Notes: a model not told the origin generated them from the sequence alone. DNA of 22,137 nucleotides from Chiloscyllium plagiosum (GCF_004010195.1 NC_057751.1:1438363-1460499), one strand, 5' to 3'; positions 1 to 10,646 are shown, numbered from the stretch's first letter. A program made the numbers and translations.

Positions 1-310
1 TCTTTTCCTGAGGGTGGAGGAGTTCCGAACTGGGGGGGGCACACTTTAACTTCAGAAGAGAAAATTTTCAACAAAGACACGAGGGGCTCGTTTTTTTACA
101 CAGAGGATGAATAGTGTGTGGAATGAACTGCCAGAGGAAGTGGTGGGTGTGGCTACAGTCACAATGTTTCAAAGACATTTGGATCAGTACATGAACAGGA
201 AAGGGTATGAGGGATCTGAACAGGAGCGGGCAGGTGGGACCAGTTTAGTTTGGGGTTGAGTTCGGTGTGGACTGGATGGGCCGAAGGGTCTGACTCTATG
301 ACTCAATGAC
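1..310 (+). mobile_element. CR1 (HER1-type) LINE 3' end, truncated at window edge
   Basis: tggaatgaactgccagaggaagtggtg (WNELPEEVV), 3' motif gggccgaagggtctg and short tandem tail gactctat/gactcaat; homologous to other CR1 tails in the window. Confidence 0.9.
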
Positions 311-317
311 AAAGGCA

Positions 318-569
318 ACAAATATATGGGAACACCACCCCCTGCAAGTTCCCCTCCCAGCCACTCACCATCCTGACCCGGAAATATATCGCTGTCCCTG
401 GGTCACAATCCTGGAATTCCCTCCCCAAGGGCATTGTGGGTGAACCTACAGCACATGGACTGCAGTGGTTCATGAAGGCAGCTCACCCCCACCTTCTCGA
501 GGGGCAACTAGGGACAGGCAATAAATGCTGGGCCCAGCCAGTGACCCCCATGTCCCATGAGTGAATAAA
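318..569 (+). mobile_element. 3' end of a second CR1/L2-superfamily LINE family
   Basis: tcctggaattccctccc (WNSLP), aaggcagctcacc...ggcaactaggg..ggcaataaatgctgggcccagccag..cccatgagtgaataaa tail; reverse-strand homologue at ~2963-3150. Confidence 0.75.
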
Positions 570-699
570 CAGAACAGATCAGCTTCAATGGAAAGCTGAA
601 GGTGATGTGAACTGAGTGGGTCTTTGGAACTGGGAAGGGCTTTTCTGGGGCAGTGGTACTGTCCCTGCATCTGGGCTAGGAGGCCCCAGCTTCAAGGAC

Positions 700-1510
700 T
701 GCCGGCCCAAAAAGTTGGCAAATGGAGTATAGCATGGAAGTTCTTCATTTTGGAAGGGAGAACAGTATTATTGAGATGGAGAAAAGCTGTAGAAAGCTAC
801 AACTTAAGGGACTTGTGGGGATGTATCCACAGGCTGGACAACATTGCAGCAGGTAATTGGGAAAGCTCATGGAATATTGGCCCTTTCATGATAATTCTCT
901 TTAATAATTTACTCACAAGCACTCCAGAGAACATAGAACACGGAGGGTGGAGTATGAGAGTCGGGAAGTCTAACTGCAACCTTGTAAGGTACTGGGGAGA
1001 CCACATTTGGACTGCTGTGAGCTGTTTTGACCCCTTGTTTAAGGAAAGATATCATTTCAATGGGGGAGGTCCAGAGAAGATTCACAAAGCTGATCCCTGG
1101 TATGGAGGGATGATGTTATCAGCAAAGGTGAAACAGGTTGGGACCCTACTCATTGGAGTGTAGAAGAGTGAGAGACGATCTAATTGAAACACGTAGAATT
1201 CTTCAGCGGCTTGTTGAGAGGACGTTCCCCCCTCATGGGAGAGTATCAGACCAGAGGGGACACTCTCAGAATAAAGGGACACCAATTGAAAACTGAGGTG
1301 AGGGGGCATTTCTTCTCTCAGTGAGTTGTGAGTCTTTGAAACTCCTTGTCACAGAGAGCTGTGGGGGAGAGTCTTCCTGTATATTTAAGGCTGAGATGGA
1401 TAGATTCTTAATCAGTCATTTCTGGGCAAAATGCAGGAAAGTGGATGTGAGGAGTGTCAGATGGCAGAACAAGCTTGAGGGGCTGAATAGCCTTCTTCCA
1501 TTCCTACTTT
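700..1510 (+). mobile_element. Degenerate CR1 LINE ORF2 3' region and tail
   Basis: Decayed codons for the WQMEY..., IFKAEMDRFLIS segments and tail gggctgaatagccttcttcc; many frameshifts. Confidence 0.8.
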
Positions 1511-2060
1511 GGACAGTCTCAGAGCAGAGGGTCACCCATGGTGTGGAGCACAGAGAGTGTGTGACTGGGGAAGAAACCAGGGAGGTGATGGTGTCATGGC
1601 GAAGGGGAGAGTATGAGAGGTGGATCCCATACTTGCTGTGTCACATGGGTCCAGAATGAGGCCAGCGCTGGCCTTGGGCATGGTGTACCCATTCTGGAGG
1701 AGAAAACCGAAATGGGCACACCAAGGCTGAGACCAGAGCTCTGGTAGCAATGTGTGGTGTGAGGGAACCGAGTCTGGTCAGGAGTGAGAGAGAGTTGAGA
1801 GGTCTGCGCTGAGCTGACAGGAGGATTCGATCAGTGACGGATGATGGGGCCAGGGAAGAGCTTGTTCTCTCAGGCCGTCCTCAGGCAGTGGACACTCCAA
1901 CTCAGTGTCTCTGCAAGGATCACAGAGCTCTCTCTCTGTGCACTCTGCCCTCACCGTGAGCCTTCCTCAACAATATCACGGGGCTGCTCCAAATAATCGA
2001 CAGGACATTGCAGAACCAACTCACGGTGAAGCCAGAGAGACAAATCCACTCCCAAAAGTG

Positions 2061-2100
2061 AAACAGCTGGAGAAACTCTGCAGGTCTGGCAGTGTCTGTG
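2061..2100. mobile_element. Left arm of palindromic Penelope-derived short element (split by putative LTR)
   Basis: gctggagaaactctgcaggtctggcagtgtctgtg is the near reverse complement of 2736-2772. Confidence 0.65.
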
Positions 2101-2678
2101 GCCTACGGAGCAGGCCAGATCCCTCCCAGAATGGCTCGGAGAAGATAGTCGAAACTTGAAATTTTAGTTTTTTATGAGGCAGATGTGAGTGGATATTTGA
2201 GGAGTGATACAGCTGGTCAAACCGTTCAACTTTAAACAAAACATAATTTATTTAAACATTACAGATGAAAGACGAACAAAAGAAAACAGGATTTAGAATA
2301 ACAACTCATTTGAAAGCCCAACCAACTCAAAATCACAACTTAACGAAGATGTTCCAGTTCTCACAACATCCCATAGACATACGTTGGCAAATGGTAAATG
2401 CAGACACAGGTTCTTATACGCAGAAGAGATTTCAGAGTGAAAGTTCAGGCAAGACCCCTATTGAAGCATGGAACCTCTTTTCACTGTCGCTGCTTCTCTA
2501 CTATCCTGCAGTTTCTGATGCTCGCTAAAACAGACCAAACTGGAAAGGAAACCTGAACTGGGAGAACTAGCCACTCCCCTGCCATTGTCGTCAAACGGCC
2601 ATTTCCAAACATCTCGGAACCTCTGCTTTTACAACCCCTCTTGCAAACACCCCCAAGGACAACATAACCTTGGTCACA
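2101..2678 (-). mobile_element. Probable solo LTR
   Basis: Minus strand starts TGTGACC at 2678; non-coding ~580 bp; AATAAA on minus at 2247-2252 followed by T-rich tract; cleanly interrupts a palindromic element; terminal CA and TSD not clear. Confidence 0.55.
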
Positions 2679-2815
2679 AGAGGAGTAACAGTTAAGGTTT
2701 CAGAAGGAGTGGAAAGGTTCACTCTCTTTCTCTCTCCATAGATGCTTCCAGAGCTGCTGAGTTTCTCCAGCAATGTCTGTTTATGTCTCAGATTTCCGGC
2801 GTCTGCCATCCTTTT
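2679..2815. mobile_element. Centre and right arm of palindromic Penelope-derived short element
   Basis: cagttaaggtttcag...tctctccatagatgcttccagagctgctgagtttctccagc...cagatttccggcgtctgc; similar to element at 14048-14257. Confidence 0.65.
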
Positions 2816-2962
2816 GTTCATTTCACCCGAATTTACTTCCTCATCTGTGTTTACTGCTTTTTCAACAAGACCATTCCAACACCCTCCTTCTGCATTGACC
2901 ATTTACTGCCCTGGCGAAAGGTGAGGTCATCTTCGAGACTTGGCCTCTGGTTGGTTTGTTAA

Positions 2963-3150
2963 GGCGATGTGGGTGTTGACGGCTGGGCCACCATTTATTA
3001 CCCATCCAGAGTTGCCCTGGAGAGGGGCGCTGTGTATTTGATGGGGAGACAGCCACAGTACTGTGAGGGAGGGAAGTCCAGGGCTGTGCCCCAAAAAGAT
3101 GGAAGATCCAAGCCAGGATGGTGAGTGGCTTGGAGGGGAACCTGCAGCTT
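2963..3150 (-). mobile_element. LINE 3' end, same family as 318-569
   Basis: ggctgggccaccatttattacccatcc and caggatggtgagtggcttggaggggaacctgcag are reverse complements of segments in 318-569. Confidence 0.75.
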
Positions 3151-3430
3151 ATAGTAGTAGACACTGTTGTGACTGCGTGTTGCTGGTGGAGAGCGTGAAC
3201 AAAATCTGAAGGTGGCAGTGCGAAGTCCTATTCCTGCTGACTATCGCTGGCTCTCAGACATGCACCATTTACTATCCAATCCCCCCGTAGCCTCTCCTCA
3301 CCCTGTCTCTCCATCCCCACTATTCTTCCATATACTCCAGCTGCTTGAGCTCTGAAATCTCTGCTTGAAACCACTCCATCTCCATCTGACTTTCCATTCA
3401 TTAATAGGCACCTCCAGCTCAGCTGTTCGG

Positions 3431-3506
3431 TTACAGAAATAGGAGCTGGAGTAGGCCATTCGGCCCCTCGAGCCAACTCCACCATTGGATAGGATCATGG
3501 CTGATC
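3431..3506 (-). mobile_element. CR1 LINE extreme 3' tail fragment
   Basis: ataggagctggagtaggccattcggcccctcgagcc...atcatggctgat, matching 7960-8025 and the reverse complement of 20755-20825. Confidence 0.8.
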
Positions 3507-5336
3507 GAGGATCCTGTTGCACGGGTTGGAATTGGACTTGGTTCAGTCACACTCCTGTGAGGCAGCTGGAGAGATTCCGAGTTGGGGAGAGGTGCTACAT
3601 GAATGTAAGGTCTTACATGTTGGAGAATGCTGGAGAAGGTCACTGAGGTAGGGAAGGGGGAAGAGGGTGAGAGGTGTTCAACTGGAGGGGAGGTCCTGTT
3701 GATCAGTGAGCCCAGTGGGTGATGGGTGAAGAGCTACGCAGGAGAGGCTTTTGAACCTGATGAAGGCTGGCTCAAGGTACCATGGACAAGGTTGAGGCTG
3801 AACATTGCCCATCCTGTCCTGTCACCATGTTTCAGGGGTGTGAGGGCCTCATGAAGACAGGGAGATGGTGACATGTTGAACTGAGATTACTTGAGCGTGT
3901 GAATCAATGGGAAGGTCCAAACCAGGAACTCCAGCTTAGCCACTTGTACAAGCTTGTCATGTGACCACACCAAGTCACTGCCAGGCCACACTAAGGTGTG
4001 AACACTCAGGCAATAGCAATAACATTCCACATAGCTCAGGTAAGCAATGATCCAGACACCACCTACCTGTTTGCTCAGCTACAAGGAGATCATATCGAAT
4101 CGGACAGTGGACAAAAGGCCTTTCAGCCCAGTGGACAGCACATTGCAGCATGAAGAGAGAGGAAATGGTCAATGGCATGAACAACATGGTGGACTGTCTC
4201 ACACTCATCCTGTGACTGGGCAGGAAACAAATCTCAAAGTTTCTCAACAGTCAAGGTCGGGCCCAATGGGAACAAACTGAGAAACTGAAACACGTCTCAG
4301 ACAATGTCCCTGCCACTGCGCTGTTTGACAGGACAATGCTGTTTCACTCTGAAGTGGGGGGGGGAGGAGTATCCATCTCACCCATCCCCACGCAAATGTC
4401 CAGCCTGGTCCCTCTGTGGTTCAATCTACTGCAATTCTACCTCACATTGTCCCCACTTCAGAAAATCCACCAGGTCACACTGCTGAATGAAACATTCCTT
4501 TCCTTTGCTGAGCTGAGAATTCATCTCTTTGATGATCTTTCACTTACCTATAGCTCATTGGGAACCCCGCCCACCCCCAGTGGTGCAGATATTTGTCAAA
4601 ATTAATGGTCTTTGTAAGGTCTATATCGAAAAAGGTACCTTCGCCTGGGAAACTGCTCAGGACTAAGTCCGTGTTCAAAGTCTGGATCTATTCGATGTGC
4701 AATAAACAAAACACTCGCTGTTGACCCTGGAGGGGCTAAAAGATTTAACTGGGCCACTGGTTAGTTACAGGCTTGTGTCTGAAAAAGGACCACAGAGAGC
4801 GACAAAAGGCAATTGGAAACAATTATCTCCCTATTGTGAACGATTGAGGTGGTAACAATGGCTAACAGGTATTTCAGTTGAGTGTGGTGCTGGGACTAAT
4901 GTGACTGATTTGAGTGCTGAGGTTTTGGAAGGGGGGAGGAGATCTCCCTGAGGCAAGACAACCCATCACATGAAAGCATTTCTGTTCTTTTATTCAGATC
5001 ACACAGTGAACATAACAGTCCTGAACCCATTAGGAACCGTCAAACTGTTTTCCCAGTCTGTCACCTTATACAACAGGGTTGGACTTGGCTCTGCAGCTCT
5101 GTCGTAACCCCCCCACCCCCCAGGAGTTTCCCTCAAAGACAGGCCCAGGAGAGTATGGCTGGAACCCAAACAACTTTGAATCCATTGGATAACATCAAGG
5201 AAGGAAGGCCGAAAGGACATGGGGAAACACTATCGATTCATTGGAACCTTTCTCTCTCTCAGTGCAAGCTCACCTTCCCTGATCAATCAACCCCTGAATG
5301 AGAGGCAAGTCTAACACCAATGTCAAAAGGATTTTG

Positions 5337-5684
5337 AGAATCACAGAGATGTACAGACCCTTCGGTCCAACCTGTCCGTGCCGACCAGATATCCCAACCC
5401 AATCTAGTCCCACCTGACAGCACCCGGCCCATATCCCTCCAAATCCTTCCTATTCATATGCCCTTCTAGATGCCTCTTAAATGTTGCCATTGTACCAGCC
5501 TCCACCACTTCCTCTGGCAGCTCATTCCATACACACACCACCCTCTGCGTGAAAAGGTTGCCCCTTAGATCTCTTTTATGTCTTTCCCCTCTCACTCTAA
5601 ACCTATGCGTTCCAGTTCTGGACTCTCCCACCCCAGGGAAAAGACCTTGTCTATTTACCCAATCCATGCCCCTCATGATTTTAT
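5337..5684 (-). mobile_element. CR1 LINE 3' end
   Basis: Minus ORF 5404-5676 reads FTQRVVCVWNELPEEVVEAGTMATFKRHLEGHM, the CR1 ORF2 C-terminus; tail gacccttcggtccaac. Confidence 0.93.
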
Positions 5685-5685
5685 G

Positions 5686-5923
5686 CTGTGGAGGTGCTGG
5701 CGTTGGACTGACTCAGAAGTCACACGACACCAGGTTATAGTCCGACAGGCTTATTAGATATCACAAGCTTACGGAGTGCAGCCCCTTTACCAGATGAAAT
5801 CTTCACCTGATGGGGGAGCAGCACTCTGAAAGCTTGTGATTTCTAATAAACCTGCTGGACCCTACCTGGTGTGGTGTGACTGGTGATTTTACAAACCTCA
5901 GTCACATCACCCCTCAGCCTCCA
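5686..5923. mobile_element. Palindromic non-autonomous Penelope-derived element with two decayed hammerhead-like motifs
   Basis: agtcacacgacaccaggttatagtccgacaggcttatt...aataaacctgctggaccctacctggtgtggtgtgact inverted arms; CTGATGG-gggagcagcactct-GAAAGCTT at 5807-5835 and a degenerate inverted copy at ~5761-5797. Confidence 0.75.
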
Positions 5924-6849
5924 ACTGCACCATGGAAAGAATACCTCTCGACCCGTGAGCTCCGGATTGGCCAGTTCCCAAAGCTAGGAAAATCCACCCT
6001 GAAAACCCAGCGGAATTATGATCTTTTCTCGACTACTCTCCTGCCAATTGAAGACAGTGGGCCAAACATTTTGGGAAAGGATTGTTCAGAGATCTATTAG
6101 TTCACTGACAGGGCAACCTGAAATGACAACTCCAAAATCACAGGCTCTCCAGGGAAAACAAAGCTTTAACCCTCTGCTCTGAAAACTTGGGATGATTTTA
6201 TAAACTTCTCTCACTTCCTTGGAGATTGTAAGTGATCGATATTCACGGCTACTCTCTGATGAGCCTTTCTGTAACTGACTCTGATCTCGTTTCATTCCGA
6301 ACTGCTGTGTACAGTGTCCCGTGGTAATCCTATAACAGGAACCAAACCAAAGTCTTGTGCAATTTCCACATCACTCCCTGGTTTTTATGTTCACTGTCCG
6401 TGTTTAAAAATAAATAGGGCTTGCTTCTTCAGCTGTTATCCAGCTCAGAAAAGGAAAGTCTGAGAGAGAAAGAGAGACAGTGTGACAGAGAAAGGGGAAG
6501 AAAGAGGTTTTAACACAAGGGATGGATTATGACAGACACTGAATGAAGTGGACAGAGGTGCAGAATGAGAGAGAGAGAGGAAAGAGATTTCAATTTGATT
6601 TGACTGGATCATGTTCTACAGATCTTTATTTGTTTGATCTTGGCATTCTCTTGAGATCTTCCTAATGTTGGTAACAGATGTTAGGTAGTGAATTGTTAGT
6701 ACGTGAGGTACGCTAGCCCAGAACACAGACTGTTTCAGTCCCCAGTCAGTCACTTTCGCTGAACAAATTAATATCGATTCACACATGATGCAAATACCTT
6801 CAATTTTCTGAGGTAAGAGCTTGTGTTTGCTCAGATTAAAACAGAATCC

Positions 6850-6911
6850 CTGTCCTGTGGTATTGCTCTGAGCTTCGGTTCTGTCCTGTGGTACTGCTCT
6901 GTGCTTCGGTT
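6850..6911 (+). repeat. 31-bp tandem duplication (2 copies)
   Basis: ctgtcctgtggtattgctctgagcttcggtt / ctgtcctgtggtactgctctgtgcttcggtt, 2 mismatches. Confidence 0.9.
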
Positions 6912-6924
6912 CAAGATCACAACT

Positions 6925-7435
6925 GGTCTCCCTCCTATTGGACGGATGTTGTGAAACTCGAAAGGATTTGCAAGGATGTTGCCAGGGTTGGATGATTTGA
7001 GCTATCGGGAGAGTTTGAATCAACTGGGTCTGTTTTCCCTGGAGCATCGGAGGCTGAGGGGTGACCTTATAGAGGTTTATAAAATCATGAAGGGTATGGA
7101 TATGGTAAATACACAAGTGTTTCTTTTCCCTGCGGTAGGGGGGTGTCCAGAACTAGGTATAGGGTGAGGGGAAAGATTTAAAAGGGACCGAGGGGGCAAC
7201 TTTTTCGCTCAGAAGGTGGTACGTGTCAGGAATGAGCTGCCAGAGGAAGTGGTGGAGGCTGGTACAATTACAACATTTAAGAGGCATCTGAATGGGTATA
7301 TGAATAGGAAGGATTTGGCGGGATATGGGCCGGGTGCGGCAGGTGGGACTACATTGGGTTGGGATATCTGGTCGGCATGGACGGGTTGGACCGAAGGGTC
7401 TGGTTCTGTGCTGGACATCTCTATGACTCCATGAC
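6925..7435 (+). mobile_element. CR1 LINE 3' region (5'-truncated)
   Basis: MLPGLDDLSYRESLNQLGLFSLEHRRLRGDLIEVYKIMKG and NELPEEVVEAGTITTFKRHL; tail ctctatgactccatgac. Confidence 0.95.
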
Positions 7436-7619
7436 ACAAAGAGGTGCGGCTTGATTGGACACTTGGTTTTTTGCCAGTGTTGAACTCCGTGCAGCAGCTT
7501 GCTCCCAGTTCCACAGACAGACTAATCCAATTCTCATCTCTCACACGCAGTGTATGGGGGGGGGGAGGGGCTCTCTCCAATGGTATACAAGGCTGGCACA
7601 GGATGTAGGTTCAGGTTCA

Positions 7620-7800
7620 CTCCCACCCCACCACCATCTCTGTGCTTGCTAACCGACATACATTTCCACACACATCCCAATTTCAAAATTCTTCCCTTCT
7701 GACAGAGCTAGGGCCTGTAAACTCCCCCTGCCCTCCAGAGAGTCAGCTCCTCCACTTCAGGCCCCTGCTCTGATTGGTGGCTGGGCTCCACTTTCCCCTC
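7620..7800 (+). mobile_element. Highly decayed L2-like LINE fragment
   Basis: accatctctgtgcttgctaaccgacat...tttcaaaattcttccctt resembles the L2 ORF2 C-terminal ITPVL..LHW..FKIL region; recognition only. Confidence 0.4.
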
Positions 7801-8157
7801 TGACCTGTTACTCTTTCGGGGTTGCTGCTGCTGCTGACTTGCCCCTGGGGAAAGCAAGATGTGACTGTGCCTGACCCTCTCAGTTCGTTCTCTCAGGCAT
7901 CTCCGTTGGTCAGACTTTGAGCGATTCTATCTCGAGATAAGACCATAAGACTATAAGACATAGGAGTGGAAGTAAGGCCATTCGGCCCATCGAGTCCACT
8001 CCGCCATTTAATCATGGCTGATGGGCATGTCAACTCCACTTACCCGCATTCTCCCCGTAGCCCTTAATTCCTTGTGACGTCAAGGATTTATCAATCTCTG
8101 CCTTGAAGACATTTAGCATCCCGGCCTCCACTGCACTCTGTGGCAATGAATTCCACA

Positions 8158-8522
8158 NNNNNNNNNNNNNNNNNNNNNNNNNNNNNNNNNNNNNNNNNNN
8201 NNNNNNNNNNNNNNNNNNNNNNNNNNNNNNNNNNNNNNNNNNNNNNNNNNNNNNNNNNNNNNNNNNNNNNNNNNNNNNNNNNNNNNNNNNNNNNNNNNNN
8301 NNNNNNNNNNNNNNNNNNNNNNNNNNNNNNNNNNNNNNNNNNNNNNNNNNNNNNNNNNNNNNNNNNNNNNNNNNNNNNNNNNNNNNNNNNNNNNNNNNNN
8401 NNNNNNNNNNNNNNNNNNNNNNNNNNNNNNNNNNNNNNNNNNNNNNNNNNNNNNNNNNNNNNNNNNNNNNNNNNNNNNNNNNNNNNNNNNNNNNNNNNNN
8501 NNNNNNNNNNNNNNNNNNNNNN
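8158..8522. other. Assembly gap (365 N)
   Basis: Run of n, with CR1 sequence in the same orientation on both sides. Confidence 1.
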
Positions 8523-9221
8523 CATTTCCTGGACCACTCTCCTAAACTGTCTAGATCGTTCTGCAGCCTCCCCACTTCCTCAGTACCACCTGCCTGTCCA
8601 CCTGTCGTCGTATCATCGGCAAATTTCGCTAGAATGCCCCCAGTACCTTCCTCAAGATCATTACGTGAACAGCTGCGGTCCCAACACTGAACCCTGCGGG
8701 ACATCGCTTGTCACCGGCTGCCATTCCGAAAAAGAACCTTTTATCCCAACTCTCTGCCTTCTGTCAGACAGCCAATCCTCAATCCATACCAGTAGCTCAC
8801 CTCGAACACCATGGGCCCTCACCTTACTCAGCAGCCTCCTGTGTGGCACTTTATCAAAGGCCTTTTGGAAGTCTAGGTAAGTAACATCCACTGGGTTTCC
8901 CCGGTCTAACCTACTTGTCACCTCTTCAAAGAACTCCAACAGGTTTGTCAGGCACGACCTCCCCTTACTAAATCCATGTTGACTTGTTCTGATCCGACCC
9001 TGCTCTTCCAAGAATTTAGAAACCTCATCCTTAACGATGGATTCTAGAATTTTACCAACAGCCGAGGTTAGGCTAATTGGCCTATAATTTTCCATCTTAT
9101 GGCTTGATCCTTTCTTGAACAAGGGGGTTACAACAGCGATCTTCCAATCATCCGGGACTTTCCCTGACTCCAATGACTTCTGAAAGATCTCAACCAACGC
9201 CTCCGCTATTTCCTCAGCCAC
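8523..9221 (-). pseudogene. CR1 ORF2 reverse transcriptase fragment, frameshifted near 8665
   Basis: PDDWKIAVVTPLFKKG, NYRPISLTS, QHGFSKGRSCLTNLLEFF, YLDFQKAFDKVPH, VPQGSVLGPQLF; continues in another frame as NDLEEG..KFADDT. Confidence 0.93.
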
Positions 9222-9551
9222 CTCCCTGAGAACCTGCTCAGATGAGCAGGTACGGGTGACAGGATTCGGGGGAGTCTCAGATTTGCTCTGTGTAGATGTT
9301 GTGAGAGTGTCAGTGTTGTTTCAGCACAAGCTGACTGATTGCCCTGACGGTCATGAGCCAGGCAAAGGGAATGGGAGAGGAAGTGGTTGCAGGAAGAACG
9401 GAGGAGTGGGATTTTGGGATGAATGGTATGGAAACTGCCCATTCTCATTGCCACCAAAGAGCGAAGAGAGTGAAAAGCCTGTGCAGTCGGGGATACACCC
9501 ACAGACGAACACAGACACACTATGGGGACAGGGTGGGGACAGGTCGTGTTA

Positions 9552-9624
9552 GGAAGAGAGACTGAGTGAGAGAGAGACAGAGTGAGCAAGAGAGTGAGTG
9601 AGTGAGAGTGTGTCTGTGTGTGTA
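9552..9624. repeat. GA/GT-rich low-complexity tract
   Basis: gagagagaga, (gagt)n, gtgtgt. Confidence 0.75.
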
Positions 9625-9802
9625 GAGCTGATACAAACCAGGAACACAGAAATGGTGTCTGAACGAGGCACAAGGGCAGGCCTGCTAATCCAAGTAGGCC
9701 CCACACCAGCATTGGCAGCCTGACCAAATGGTGGGCAGGAGGAGGTATTGCTCAAACCTCACCCACTGATTTCTGCCAAATGTACCAGGCTCTCTCTCAA
9801 CA

Positions 9803-9822
9803 ACACACACACACACACACAC
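9803..9822. repeat. (AC)10 microsatellite
   Basis: Directly visible. Confidence 0.95.
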
Positions 9823-10630
9823 AATCCCAGGGCACTGAACACCCACCTTCAAGGACCTTTTGTTCAACTGACAGGAGCCCACAGGAGAGTTACAGGGGTT
9901 GGGGGGGTTGTAGGAAGAGGAGTTAAGAAGCAAGCAGTTAGTTAACCCTGAGAGTGTGTGTGTGAGAGACAGAGAGAGATTAATGAAATCATGCTGTGTC
10001 CCCACCAAACTGAGCGAAACAGTCAGGGTATCACCGCAGGCCACAGGGCAGCACCCCAGTATTCCCACATCTCGGACTTCCTTGGAGCAGTCACAAGAAG
10101 AATCTTCACAGCTTCATTCCTCCCTTCCCAGCCTGGAATTCTGTGCTCCTCGCATAGTGACCCTTACATCTTTCCCATTCCAATCTCTTCGCCATTGGCT
10201 GTGAGGGACTCCTCTCCCCCCTTCCCCCCCCCCACCCCAAGGTTGTGGACCTGCCTCCCCTGAACATCTCCCTCTCTCGCTGTCCCTCATGTCCAGCTGT
10301 GAATCACATGGCCAAATCCAGCCAGACTCTCCCGGGAAACCGCAGGGAAATAGGAATATACCAGAGCAGTGTTGGTTTCTGACTGCTGCAAGGTTTAACA
10401 GAGTGATAGGGTGGCATGGTGGAAGGACACAGGGGGAGCATCCATCCCTTCGTTCTGGCATTAAAGGGCATTTTCCTGAACAGACTCCCACCAAAATCCT
10501 GCTGGTGAGTGATGATCTCAGAGATGAAGTTAAATGCTCCCACATTACCAGAGGCTGTGCGCTGCGGTGTGTTGGACAGTGAGGACTCTGTCAATAGGCT
10601 GACAATTTCTGTCTGTCTCCCCCCGAGCTC

Positions 10631-10646
10631 CCAGCAGGGGGCAGTG
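10631..10646 (+). promoter_or_regulatory. CTCF core motif match
   Basis: CCAGCAGGGGGCAGTG fits the CTCF core CC(A/G)(C/G)(C/T)AG(A/G)(G/T)GGC(A/G)(C/G); binding not demonstrated. Confidence 0.5.

Larger units (their letters stand above)
7937..9232 (-). mobile_element. Young CR1 LINE, 5'-truncated, RT region to tail, interrupted by assembly gap
   Basis: Tandem tail ataagaccataagactataagac; WNSLPQSAVEAG; KFADDT; 186-aa open RT stretch at 8661-9221. Confidence 0.97.

Noticed and set aside
624..1163. 179-aa plus-strand ORF
   Set aside because: Mostly overlaps a frameshifted CR1 remnant; no coherent protein
6256..6300. CTGATGA as a hammerhead core or C/D snoRNA box
   Set aside because: No stem II plus GAAA downstream, and C/D box spacing and terminal stem are unconvincing; the CTGATGA near 3757 fails likewise
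6850..6911. 31-bp direct repeats as a CRISPR-like array
   Set aside because: Two adjacent copies without a spacer, in eukaryotic DNA
8030..8880. Long ORFs of 148-246 aa in the ORF track
   Set aside because: Artefacts of reading through the N gap or antisense to CR1
9980..10015. KSCCVPTKLS, resembling the TGF-beta/activin CCVPT motif
   Set aside because: Upstream is a GT/GA microsatellite; no other family cysteines or downstream MLY/CxC motif; best explained as chance
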